Under the pieces are notes generated by a model. That model did not search any database. It worked only from the letters and a program-made list of their open reading frames with translations, and was not told where the DNA came from. From a virus (taxonomy: Duplodnaviria; Caudoviricetes), in IMG/VR virus record IMGVR_UViG_3300013121_000027, positions 96,001 to 160,000 of that record: a stretch of 64,000 bases of DNA; one strand, given 5' to 3'. Below, piece by piece: positions 29,278 through 38,104 of the stretch. The position numbers and the translations under genes are program-made. Within the stretch, counting starts at the first letter, position 1; the number at the start of each line of letters is the position of its first letter.

Positions 29278-29732
29278 CTATTTTTCATAGCTGTTTTTGC
29301 AGCTGTGCTTCTACAGGTAGAGCAGAAGAGTCTATTCCCACGACCATGCTTAAGTGGATGTCCATATATGCATTGTGGATTTTTAAGAAATTCTAAATAC
29401 TGTTTAAGCATTAATATAAAACTTTCTTTTTTAGGTTCACTTAAAAACTCCCAAAACGCAGCGCAGATAAACTGTACGTTTTGAAAACTTTCAACTTTAT
29501 AGGTAAAATACGGACTGCTATTGGCTGTTTTAGGCTTATATGGTCCACCGATACTGCCCACATTAAAAACGGATTGGAATTTGTCTAATGGTTCTCTTCT
29601 GACTTGGGCTATTTGTAAAATTAATCTTGGACTTCTTCTTTTATTTTTATTTGAATAATATATATTACCTTCGCCATCAAAAAACCCAGCAGCCCAAGCT
29701 AATTCCTCCCTATCAAGTCCTATTTTAGCCAT
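29262..29732 (-). mobile_element. free-standing LAGLIDADG homing endonuclease with a C-terminal Zn finger
   Basis: ELAWAAGFFDGEGNI motif and C-terminal CIYGH...CSTC. Confidence 0.85.
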
Positions 29733-29977
29733 TAGACATTCTCTCCAAGTTTCTTTCTTATATCCACTGCAAGCTGCGGATATTTATCTTCAATGATATT
29801 AGCATAATAAAGCATCGCCAACCAAGCATATGGATCATTGACCCAATCCATGACATAGTATCGAGCATTTTCTTTGTCCCTACCGGGAGTGTCTCTTCCG
29901 TCTACTCTGGAAACTAAATATTTCTCATAGACTGGACCATCTTTAGCCATAATTTTTAACCTTTCTTGAACTTTCAA
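29732..29977 (-). CDS. hypothetical phage protein
   Basis: YEKYLVSRVDGRD...YYVMD...DPYA. Confidence 0.65.
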   Translation of the reverse strand: MKVQERLKIMAKDGPVYEKYLVSRVDGRDTPGRDKENARYYVMDWVNDPYAWLAMLYYANIIEDKYPQLAVDIRKKLGENV

Positions 29978-30548
29978 GATCTTTAGTATATAGGCAGACC
30001 TTAATTCCTTTTAGTCTTGGAGAAAGAGGATCTCTTAACATTGGCTTAATTAATTTCCAGGTTGTTAAATGATGAATAATTGCATTTGGGGAATCCCAAG
30101 TTGGAACGAACACTAAAGCCAATAGGTCATTGTCGTAATCATTTGACGATAGGAGTTTGTCTGTTCCGAAAAATCCATTTCCATTCCCCATTTGAAAAGT
30201 CCAAGATTCTGTCTTTGCATAATCTAAGGTCTTTTGACTACAGGTTTTAACATGTACATCGGGAAAGTCTAAACCCAATGTTTTATACGGGAGGTCCGCA
30301 TCCCAATTCTTTTTCTTGCTTGAGTAAATTTGAACATCAGGAGCAACTTCTTTTCCAAAAGTTTCTTTAATATACTTGGCAACAATAAACTCACCCTTCT
30401 TGCCAGTCATACTATCGTCTTTTGGCTTTGAGGCATTTCGCTGTTTCGCCCAAAACTTATGGCTTGCTTCCATGCCATCTCCATAAGTCTCAATAATGTC
30501 ATTCATCTTCTTATTTTCTTTGGGTGTTAATTTAACTTCTACGAGCAA
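29943..30548 (-). CDS. putative restriction-endonuclease-fold protein
   Basis: GKKGEFIVAKY...PD...DADL...VHVKT. It is adjacent to a DNA methylase. Confidence 0.55.
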   Translation of the reverse strand: MLVEVKLTPKENKKMNDIIETYGDGMEASHKFWAKQRNASKPKDDSMTGKKGEFIVAKYIKETFGKEVAPDVQIYSSKKKNWDADLPYKTLGLDFPDVHVKTCSQKTLDYAKTESWTFQMGNGNGFFGTDKLLSSNDYDNDLLALVFVPTWDSPNAIIHHLTTWKLIKPMLRDPLSPRLKGIKVCLYTKDLESSRKVKNYG

Positions 30549-30560
30549 AATATGCCCCTT

Positions 30561-31394
30561 TCATTGTTTTGGCGAAATGAATAATTCGCTCTTAGCTCTG
30601 GCTGTTGTTATAGTGTAGTTCACGGGCACTTCTTCTATATTAGCCCAATCATACATCTCTTTAATCTCTGAACAACTATCATACGACAAAAGCCAATGAG
30701 AATCAACCTTTTTTAAAGAATTTGCTAATCTAGCATGATCATCTTTTGAGAATGAAAATTGATATAAATCAGAACCCTTATCGAAGTAAGGTGGATCTAC
30801 ATAGATAAAAGTATTTTGTGTAGCGTTTGTATCAATTACTTTTTCAAAATCAGTAGCAAATAAATAAGTATTGTATGGCGCAAGTAACGCATGATCTTTG
30901 TATATTTTTTTCGCCATGGAGTCTGGAGACCATCTACAACCTATATCGTATTTCGAATTCTGTTTGGCACCACCAATTGGTCCACCAGCTTTAACTCCCA
31001 ATCCGGAATATGACATCTGGTGCAAGGCAATCTTTTTAAAAGCTATAGAATCAAACGATTCATTTGTATAACTACAACTTTCAAGTTCTTTCTTAAACGT
31101 GTAGAAAGCTTCAGTGGATGGAACAAAATCTTTTATTCTATCGACAAGTAGTTTAGGTTCATGGTAAACAGTTCTCCAAATGCAATGAATTGCAAAGTCG
31201 GTATCATTTGCTACAACAGTTTGAAGATCTGGAAAAACATTCTCTTTAAGCGCAGCAAAACAAATACTTCCACCGCCAAAGAATGGTTCCATATATCTAT
31301 GAATTAATTTATCTTTTGTGATTTCTTTAATTTTTTGGATGATGGGCTTGCTAAGTTTAGCCTTACCGCCTGGATATCTAAAGAACGACATCAA
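30561..31394 (-). CDS. DNA adenine methyltransferase (Dam/D12 family)
   Basis: FRYPGGK, YMEPFFGGGS, YVDPPY, WLLSYD. Confidence 0.93.
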   Translation of the reverse strand: MMSFFRYPGGKAKLSKPIIQKIKEITKDKLIHRYMEPFFGGGSICFAALKENVFPDLQTVVANDTDFAIHCIWRTVYHEPKLLVDRIKDFVPSTEAFYTFKKELESCSYTNESFDSIAFKKIALHQMSYSGLGVKAGGPIGGAKQNSKYDIGCRWSPDSMAKKIYKDHALLAPYNTYLFATDFEKVIDTNATQNTFIYVDPPYFDKGSDLYQFSFSKDDHARLANSLKKVDSHWLLSYDSCSEIKEMYDWANIEEVPVNYTITTARAKSELFISPKQ

Positions 31395-32206
31395 TTACAC
31401 TCGTGAGGAATTCCCAACGCTTCGCACGTTTGGATATACATTTGTCTACTTGTTTGAAATAAATTTTGTAACTTTTCATTGTGAGATCCTGTTGACGCAT
31501 TCCACGTATGTCCAGCCGTATCAACCGTTCCATCGTACCATACTTCGTACCCTAAATGTTGTACTAATTGAGAATAAAAAGTCTCTTCAAAATACATTGG
31601 AGTAGGGAGCCATGCACCTCTCAAGTTTGGATACAGCGTCTTAAATGGCTCATATTCGGCTACCTCATCCCAAACATTTCTACGCATATAATATATAGAA
31701 CCAGAGACAGTCCAACAGGGTACTCTATCCTTGTAAGATGCATCAAATGGATCCTTCATCGACCAACCCCTATGGATTGGATTCTTAACTCCATCCCAAA
31801 AGATTCCGCCATGTCGAATTAATTTATTTTCATCCATCTGCTTAACACCAATAACCGCAGCGTTGGGTGTCTTATGAAAGGACTCTATTACTTGTTTTAC
31901 ATGGCTTGTTGTAAACCATGTATCAGCATTGACAGCACAGAGGAATTCGCTATTGGATCCAGCTTTAGATAAGGCTACCAAATTATTGATAGCGGCTGAA
32001 TAACCTATATTTTCATTAAAGCCAAAATATTTCAAATTATACTTGTGAAAATTTTCCGTTAACCATTCTCTTGTACCGTCAGTAGATGCGTTGTCTGAAA
32101 TGTAAATATTCCAAACGCCTGGTTCATAATCGCTATGTAGCGTATCAAGAAGTCTCTCCAGTAATTTCTTCGTGTTGTAGTTCACGATCAAAAGATCCAC
32201 TGCCAT
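31391..32206 (-). CDS. glycosyltransferase family 2
   Basis: IVNYNT, DNASTDG, NIGYSAAIN, NADT, VSGS, MYFEET. Confidence 0.9.
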   Translation of the reverse strand: MAVDLLIVNYNTKKLLERLLDTLHSDYEPGVWNIYISDNASTDGTREWLTENFHKYNLKYFGFNENIGYSAAINNLVALSKAGSNSEFLCAVNADTWFTTSHVKQVIESFHKTPNAAVIGVKQMDENKLIRHGGIFWDGVKNPIHRGWSMKDPFDASYKDRVPCWTVSGSIYYMRRNVWDEVAEYEPFKTLYPNLRGAWLPTPMYFEETFYSQLVQHLGYEVWYDGTVDTAGHTWNASTGSHNEKLQNLFQTSRQMYIQTCEALGIPHECN

Positions 32207-32471
32207 TATTTTCCTCTTCTACTTTCTCTATTCCGTAAAACATTAAATCTAAATCATGAGGTACAAGTAAAACTTTTTTATCTGGAAAAGCTTCTTTCAA
32301 ATTCATACTCATATTTTCAAAATCAACACTTTCACTATTGCCGTTAAATCTTGCTATAATAAAATCATTAAAGGATTCGGCTTCAATAGCTTCTATATAA
32401 GTTTTTTCTGATTCAATTTGATATATATAAAGCTTAACAAAATTGTTTTTACTCATATCGCCCAAATTCAT
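32145..32471 (-). CDS. hypothetical protein
   Basis: ORF within the - strand operon. Confidence 0.6.
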   Translation of the reverse strand: MNLGDMSKNNFVKLYIYQIESEKTYIEAIEAESFNDFIIARFNGNSESVDFENMSMNLKEAFPDKKVLLVPHDLDLMFYGIEKVEEENNGSGSFDRELQHEEITGETS

Positions 32472-32667
32472 CCTCTGACGGATCTAAGGTTCTGGTTACC
32501 CAATCTTCTATAATCGCAGCGATTGAATACCATGATTCTTTTTCTTCTTCTGGAGAATCAACAGCTAATGAATTATAGACGTCAATGATGTGTTGGAAAA
32601 TAGAAGTGTCTGCAACTACACACGCTTCTCCTGGCATCAATTTAATTGTCAGTTTTCTCTTGCTCAT
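32449..32667 (-). CDS. hypothetical protein
   Basis: 72-aa ORF within the operon. Confidence 0.6.
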   Translation of the reverse strand: MSKRKLTIKLMPGEACVVADTSIFQHIIDVYNSLAVDSPEEEKESWYSIAAIIEDWVTRTLDPSEDEFGRYE

Positions 32668-32881
32668 TTTTCAAATCCTCTACCTGCATTTGTTCTTCTG
32701 TTAATGGAAAAACACATAGTTCTTTTGTGTCTGGTAAAAATGATACGAATAAAATCTTACGCCCATCGAGAGTACATCCTTTGGGTACTGGCGTTTTAAG
32801 TGCTGTCGTTAGATTCGTAGCCGAATAAACTTGAGCAGATTGTTCGTAGCATATTATGTAATTAGTCTTAGCTGCGGGCAT
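32642..32881 (-). CDS. hypothetical protein
   Basis: 79-aa ORF within the operon. Confidence 0.6.
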   Translation of the reverse strand: MPAAKTNYIICYEQSAQVYSATNLTTALKTPVPKGCTLDGRKILFVSFLPDTKELCVFPLTEEQMQVEDLKNEQEKTDN

Positions 32882-33065
32882 AATTAAAAAGTCCTAACCC
32901 AGCAAGTGCTGTGCCTATTGACATACATGTTATCAAGAATGAATAGAAATGCAACATCCATACATTTTGTATTTTCTCTTGTAAATGTGCGGTGAACGAT
33001 ACATTAAAAGCCCAAACAAGAAAAAAGGCAGAAAATAAGAAACATAATACAGATAGATATATCAT
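32868..33065 (-). CDS. small two-TM membrane protein
   Basis: Two hydrophobic helices. Confidence 0.6.
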   Translation of the reverse strand: MIYLSVLCFLFSAFFLVWAFNVSFTAHLQEKIQNVWMLHFYSFLITCMSIGTALAGLGLFNYARS

Positions 33066-33808
33066 AGTGCGAAAGCTCCCAACGTCACAGGGAAAAGTGG
33101 TTGTATTATCTTATACACGGCTTTTGCGTAGTCTTGTATTTCTACTTGCGCGTCTTCTGCTAATCTCTGTGAGAGAAAATGAAGTACAGATTGAAGACTC
33201 GCTGACCATCTATAATTTACATAGAGCCCATAAGCCGGAAGAAAAAGTCGCGCTTGTTCAGCGCAAATACTGTTATCCATAGCCCAACGATAATGCGACA
33301 ATTGACGCTCAACATCCTCCATCAATAACTGAAAGGCTAATCCGCCAATTTCAAATGAAACAATATCACCAGACCCCTGCTTTTTATTCTCTGGCGCAGA
33401 ACGCCATTGATCTGGACCGGGAATATAAAATTCCTCATCTGAGGTCACATAGCGGCGACTTGATTCATTCCAAGAGTCCATTGTATGATCACTACCAACA
33501 ATGTACTTCCAATGTTGGCGAGCTACCATGAGCGGTGCTTTAAATTCGAACGTAATAAACGCATGGCGGAAGGGACTAAAGTGTCCTTCCTTTAATAGAA
33601 AAGCTATAAGTCGAGCGTCTGCTTGATTAAGCTCAGTGCTTTCTTTAGCGAACGAAGCTCGTGCAGCATTTACCACTGATAAATCAGATCCCATAAAATC
33701 GACCCGTCTGACATACCCCTTATCCAATACTGGTATCAATACTGGTCTATCGGAATCGTCAATCTGTAATTCGTGTAGGTTAAGTGTGGCTGGATATAAA
33801 TTTTTCAC
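33062..33808 (-). CDS. thyX: flavin-dependent thymidylate synthase
   Basis: DLSVVNAARASF, HFSPFRH, APLMVARQ, WNESSRRY, EQARLFLP, AQVEIQDYA. Confidence 0.9.
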   Translation of the reverse strand: MKNLYPATLNLHELQIDDSDRPVLIPVLDKGYVRRVDFMGSDLSVVNAARASFAKESTELNQADARLIAFLLKEGHFSPFRHAFITFEFKAPLMVARQHWKYIVGSDHTMDSWNESSRRYVTSDEEFYIPGPDQWRSAPENKKQGSGDIVSFEIGGLAFQLLMEDVERQLSHYRWAMDNSICAEQARLFLPAYGLYVNYRWSASLQSVLHFLSQRLAEDAQVEIQDYAKAVYKIIQPLFPVTLGAFAL

Positions 33809-34140
33809 TCTTCATCCTCGTCATCATATTCATCATCATCTTCGTCATCTTCATCGTCAAATTCATTCTCAAAAAATTCTTCACAAAACTTTTCTGCCGC
33901 ATAGAACATTTCTTTTGCGTACAAAATTGCTTCGTCCGAAAGTGCTGGGTGTTCCACTTCGTCTTCCTCAAAGGAAGAAAAGAAATCATGAATGAATTCA
34001 GTTATAACAAAAAGTGCCTGAGAAAGATTCTTAATTCCAACGTGTAATTCTTTTACATTCATTTCATTAACGCTTGCGTCTGAAATATCCTGCAGATTAC
34101 TATTGGTTATAATTTCCATAAACTCATCGTCTGAGGGCAT
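33805..34140 (-). CDS. highly acidic hypothetical protein
   Basis: 111 aa ending EFDDEDDEDDDEYDDEDEE. Confidence 0.7.
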   Translation of the reverse strand: MPSDDEFMEIITNSNLQDISDASVNEMNVKELHVGIKNLSQALFVITEFIHDFFSSFEEDEVEHPALSDEAILYAKEMFYAAEKFCEEFFENEFDDEDDEDDDEYDDEDEE

Positions 34141-34184
34141 ACTAACTCCTAAAATAATTAAAGGGAGGTTTTACCCTCCCCCTA

Positions 34185-34213
34185 ATTATACCTTGTTATC
34201 TTTCTATTTTCAA
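34185..34213 (-). promoter_or_regulatory. sigma70-type promoter overlapping a terminator-like hairpin
   Basis: TTGAAA-17 bp-TATAAT, followed by GGGAGG-GTAAAA-CCTCCC-TTT. Confidence 0.7.
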
Positions 34214-34464
34214 TCGTTTAGACTTGCAAAGCCTCTGTCATCTTGAATCATTTCTACTAACTCATAACCATCTTCTGACAATCCATCAAGATAGTCTGCA
34301 AAGGCACGAGCCATGTCAGCCGCTTCACCTAGGGAAGAAGCCCCATCCAAAATATACTGCGCCCGAACGACAACAGTATTAACATCTAATGATTCCGATC
34401 CATCAAATCCTTCCTCGTCATCTAAGAGGAAGGCATTAAAGAGTTCGTCCATTTTGATTGTCAT
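34210..34464 (-). CDS. small acidic hypothetical protein
   Basis: 84 aa, D/E-rich. Confidence 0.7.
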   Translation of the reverse strand: MTIKMDELFNAFLLDDEEGFDGSESLDVNTVVVRAQYILDGASSLGEAADMARAFADYLDGLSEDGYELVEMIQDDRGFASLND

Positions 34465-34497
34465 TATTACCCTTTCGGAGTTGTTTTCTGTCAGGGC

Positions 34498-34526
34498 AGA
34501 ATATCACTGTTTTGATCAAAGCGCAA
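34498..34526 (-). promoter_or_regulatory. sigma70-type promoter
   Basis: TTGCGC-17 bp-TATTCT on the - strand. Confidence 0.5.
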
Positions 34527-34553
34527 CCTTTAATTATTACATTTTAATTACAG

Positions 34554-37031
34554 TCAGCCACATTTTGAACTACCGCAAGACTTACAAATCATACAGCCCT
34601 CTTGATATATCAAATCTTGCGCACCGCATTCTAAGCACTTTTTGTCTATCTTGGTACCATCTTCGATATAATGCTTTAGAACGCGGCTAACAGCCTTAGA
34701 GAAGCTAAAGAGGTCGTCCTCTTTCTCTGCTCCCTTTTGAATCTGCTCAACTACGAATCTAACATCGGTTCCATGTCTAAGCGCTAATGAGATAGTTCTT
34801 GTGAATGCTGAGTATGTAGCGTTGTCGAAAAGTGTGGCTATATCTTTCAGTACTGTCTCATTATCTTCATCTTCTTCATAATCATAATGAAAATCGTATC
34901 TGGCTTTAGGTGTTGTAGGACCATTATGCTTTACAGTTTTTCCATGCTTAACTCTCTTGGGCATAGTGACATTAGTAGAAAGACCGCCCATTATTTCATA
35001 TGGTCTTCCCTCAAGTAACCCAACAAAGAAAGTCCATTTCTCCCCCTGCACTGTCATATGATGCACTTCGCAGGGTAAAACGATTGGTCTTTTAGGAGCA
35101 TGATGTATATGAATTTGTGGTTTATCTTCTTTGTTTTGTTTTGGAGCGTTAGAAACAAGAACGCCAGAACGAGAACCATCACGATAGATCGTTACACCCT
35201 TGGTTCCCAATTCCCAACCAGTCATATAAATATCTTTAACGGTCTCTATTGAGACATCTTCTGGAAGATTGGTAGTATTTGAAATAGCATGGCAAACCCA
35301 TTTTTGAGCCGCCGCCTGAATTTTTACTTTCTGGAGCCAATCGATATCATTCGCAGTTGATTGATAATACGGCGAATCTTCCACGTCTTCCTTACCGGTT
35401 ATCTCCATCCATTTCTTAAACCAATGATGATAAACAGGAAACTCTAACCATTTATCCCCCATCTCATCTATGAAATCGGGTTTGACATCTCCGTCATTCG
35501 GATTAATTTTCTTACGACGTGTATACGACAAAGAAAATACGGGTTCAATACCAGAAGTAGTTTGTGTTTCAAGAGAAACAGAACCCGCTGGAGCCGTAGT
35601 GGTAAGTGCTATATTGCGTCTGCCATACTTCTTCCATTCATCAGTCAATCCTGGTATTTGACTAACGATTTGGTTGATGAATACGTGATTTTTTTCCAAT
35701 TCATAATCATAAGCAGGGAACGTACCGCGCTCTTTCGCTAATTCAATAGTTGACTCATAACAACCAATAGCTAATTCCTTATAGATATTCTCCACCACTT
35801 CTATACTCTCATCTGAACCGTAGCGTATATTCAAACCAGCAATCGCGTCTCCGATAGCTGTAAGACCAGTACCAGTACGACGACCATTAACACACGCATG
35901 GCGTATTTTTTGCCATAGGGAACGTTCGATTGCCTTAACGTCCTCTGGCTCTGGATCTATATCTATCTTTGACAGGATCTTATCGATACATTCAATTTCA
36001 AGATCAACCATGTCATCCATCAAGCGTTGCGCTCTAATACATACATTTCTAAAAAGGGGGAAATTGAACTTTGCGGCTGGCGTAAATGGATTCTCCACAA
36101 AGGATACAGTATTAACTAATAATAGACGGCAACTGTCATATGGACTAAGTACAATTTCTCCACATGGATTTGTTGATATCGAGCTAAATTCTGGATATGC
36201 ATCTGCTGGAGTTCTACGTTGTACCGTATCCCAAAATAGAAGACCTGGCTCGGCGCTATCATGTGCGGCAGTTATAATCTGATCCCATATGGATCGTGCA
36301 TTTACTTTTTTGACAATTGTTGGATAAGGCGAATCTACCGGAAATCGTAATTCAACATCGGTATCGTCTTTCACCGCCTGCATGAACTCATCCGTTAATC
36401 GGATTGAAATATTGGCTCCAGTGACCTTGGTCTTATCTCCCTTAATATGAATAAATGTTTCAATCTCTGGATGATGTACCGAGATAGAGAGCATGAGAGC
36501 CCCGCGTCTGCCTCCCTGAGCGACTTCGCGACAGGTGTTGGAGAATCGCTCCATAAACACGCCAATACCATCTGTGGTCTTTGCTGCGTTAGCCGTGCCA
36601 AGACCCTTAGGTCGAATGGTTGAGATATCAAATCCAACCCCACCACGACGCTTCATTATCTGTGCTTCTTCTTGATCCGTCTTTAGGATCCCGGCATAAC
36701 TGTCAAATGGCGCATCGATAACAAAACAATTAGAGATAGACATATTCTGATATGGATTACCAATACCAGCCATTGGGGAACCTTGCGGAACTATATACTT
36801 AAAATCTTTGAACAATTCAAATATCTCGTCTTCTGACATTGGATTTGAATATTTTTGTTCAATACGAGCAAATTCTTTAGCCAGTCTGCGATGCATATCA
36901 TCTGGCGTTTCTTCTAAAAGATTTCCTTGAGGATCTGTAAGTGCATACTTTCCAAGGAAAACATTTGCTGCTAAATCATCTCCCTCAAAATACTTAGTGG
37001 ACATTTCTAATGCTTCACTGCGCACTACCAT
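34554..37031 (-). CDS. nrdJ: class II (adenosylcobalamin-dependent) ribonucleotide reductase
   Basis: SNCFV, RRGGVG.D.S, TNPCGE, APAGS.S...TTSGIEP, ISNT.NLP, KGVTIYRDGSR and a C-terminal Zn ribbon. Confidence 0.95.
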   Translation of the reverse strand: MVVRSEALEMSTKYFEGDDLAANVFLGKYALTDPQGNLLEETPDDMHRRLAKEFARIEQKYSNPMSEDEIFELFKDFKYIVPQGSPMAGIGNPYQNMSISNCFVIDAPFDSYAGILKTDQEEAQIMKRRGGVGFDISTIRPKGLGTANAAKTTDGIGVFMERFSNTCREVAQGGRRGALMLSISVHHPEIETFIHIKGDKTKVTGANISIRLTDEFMQAVKDDTDVELRFPVDSPYPTIVKKVNARSIWDQIITAAHDSAEPGLLFWDTVQRRTPADAYPEFSSISTNPCGEIVLSPYDSCRLLLVNTVSFVENPFTPAAKFNFPLFRNVCIRAQRLMDDMVDLEIECIDKILSKIDIDPEPEDVKAIERSLWQKIRHACVNGRRTGTGLTAIGDAIAGLNIRYGSDESIEVVENIYKELAIGCYESTIELAKERGTFPAYDYELEKNHVFINQIVSQIPGLTDEWKKYGRRNIALTTTAPAGSVSLETQTTSGIEPVFSLSYTRRKKINPNDGDVKPDFIDEMGDKWLEFPVYHHWFKKWMEITGKEDVEDSPYYQSTANDIDWLQKVKIQAAAQKWVCHAISNTTNLPEDVSIETVKDIYMTGWELGTKGVTIYRDGSRSGVLVSNAPKQNKEDKPQIHIHHAPKRPIVLPCEVHHMTVQGEKWTFFVGLLEGRPYEIMGGLSTNVTMPKRVKHGKTVKHNGPTTPKARYDFHYDYEEDEDNETVLKDIATLFDNATYSAFTRTISLALRHGTDVRFVVEQIQKGAEKEDDLFSFSKAVSRVLKHYIEDGTKIDKKCLECGAQDLIYQEGCMICKSCGSSKCG

Positions 37032-37731
37032 TTGAGACTTCTTTCCCTATATATTTAATAAGATTACTACCGCTGTTTTTTAATTTCATTATTTCATGAG
37101 TCTTTATTTCTAAGAGTTGTTTTTCGGAATAAACTTCATGAATTAGTCGTTCAAAAAAATATCCACTACGCCAATGAGGCAGTCTTTTTATCTTAGTAGA
37201 ATATTCTGGTTTCTCAAAAACTCCACAAATAACTCTACCACCATAAATATATACAAGATTTTGTAACTTCTCAGTAGATATCGTAGACTCTATAGTAGCG
37301 TTCTTTTCTTCTGCTTCTTGCATAAGCCAATTGAACGCTTGTCTTGTAATTGGATTGTAATGAAGAGGATATATAATACCTAAATCTAAACATTTATTTC
37401 GTATATCTTCAATCTTTTGGTCTGTTATATATATATCTCTTAACTCTGCTATCCAATCACGAGAGTTGTATTGCTGCCATTTAAAACACCAATTAAAAAG
37501 ATTAACTAAATCCGTATTCTTAAAAGCGGTAGGTTCATATTTGGGTAACATGGCAGAGAAAGCTACTCTTTTCCATTTCTCTTCTGTGCTGATACCCAAA
37601 GATCTTAAGTTGTTCAATATTGGAGACCAATCTATATCAGCCACATACAATGAAAGATATTTTTCTCGATCTATATTTACAATCTCCGGTAGGGCTTTTC
37701 TATCCTCAACGGATAAGCCATTCTCTTTCAC
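37015..37731 (-). CDS. hypothetical protein upstream of nrdJ
   Basis: An AGGAG RBS precedes the GTG at 37731. The track start at 37779 lies inside a hairpin. Confidence 0.7.
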   Translation of the reverse strand: MKENGLSVEDRKALPEIVNIDREKYLSLYVADIDWSPILNNLRSLGISTEEKWKRVAFSAMLPKYEPTAFKNTDLVNLFNWCFKWQQYNSRDWIAELRDIYITDQKIEDIRNKCLDLGIIYPLHYNPITRQAFNWLMQEAEEKNATIESTISTEKLQNLVYIYGGRVICGVFEKPEYSTKIKRLPHWRSGYFFERLIHEVYSEKQLLEIKTHEIMKLKNSGSNLIKYIGKEVSNGSAQ

Positions 37732-37754
37732 TTTTACTCCTGAACATCTCTTAT

Positions 37755-37794
37755 AGAAAACAGTACCCCTTCTACTCAACGTAGAAGGGGACTG
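37755..37794 (-). terminator. strong hairpin with a short U-tract (terminator or attenuator)
   Basis: CAGTCCCCTTCTAC-GTTGA-GTAGAAGGGGTACTG-TTTTC. Confidence 0.65.
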
Positions 37795-37811
37795 AAATTT
37801 AAGCTACTTTT

Positions 37812-37840
37812 AGTATAGTGCACATAGCTGGAGATGACAA
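37812..37840 (-). promoter_or_regulatory. sigma70-type promoter
   Basis: TTGTCA-17 bp-TATACT, with the same hexamers as the promoter at 6019. Confidence 0.75.
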
Positions 37841-37846
37841 CTGTTT

Positions 37847-38095
37847 TCAGATTTTTTTTCTAAGTTCCTTGACTGAATCTCTTGCGTTCTTGCTTAAAAA
37901 CAAATGATGAATAAGAACACTCCAACTTAATACTGTAAGAGGAAGTTTGAATGGATCCTGTAAAGCTTGCCAAAGTGCTGTTGACATCGTTTCTGCTTTT
38001 TTGGTTTTGATCGCAATAATATCATAAGTCGCTATAGCAAAAGCCATAGTAATCCAGGCGTACTCTCCAGTGGTTATTCTTTTTGTTTTATTCAT
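37847..38095 (-). CDS. small membrane protein
   Basis: 82 aa with two hydrophobic segments. Confidence 0.65.
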   Translation of the reverse strand: MNKTKRITTGEYAWITMAFAIATYDIIAIKTKKAETMSTALWQALQDPFKLPLTVLSWSVLIHHLFLSKNARDSVKELRKKI

Positions 38096-38104
38096 ACTAC
38101 GCTA

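Noticed and set aside
22330-32206. Host capsule/LPS locus or serotype-conversion (gtr) cassette
   Set aside because: It is embedded among phage replication genes with no flippase, polymerase, exporter or membrane-bound GT.
11796-37031. Inteins or group I introns in dnaE, dnaB or nrdJ
   Set aside because: Protein lengths are normal with contiguous motifs. The LAGLIDADG gene is free-standing between intact genes.
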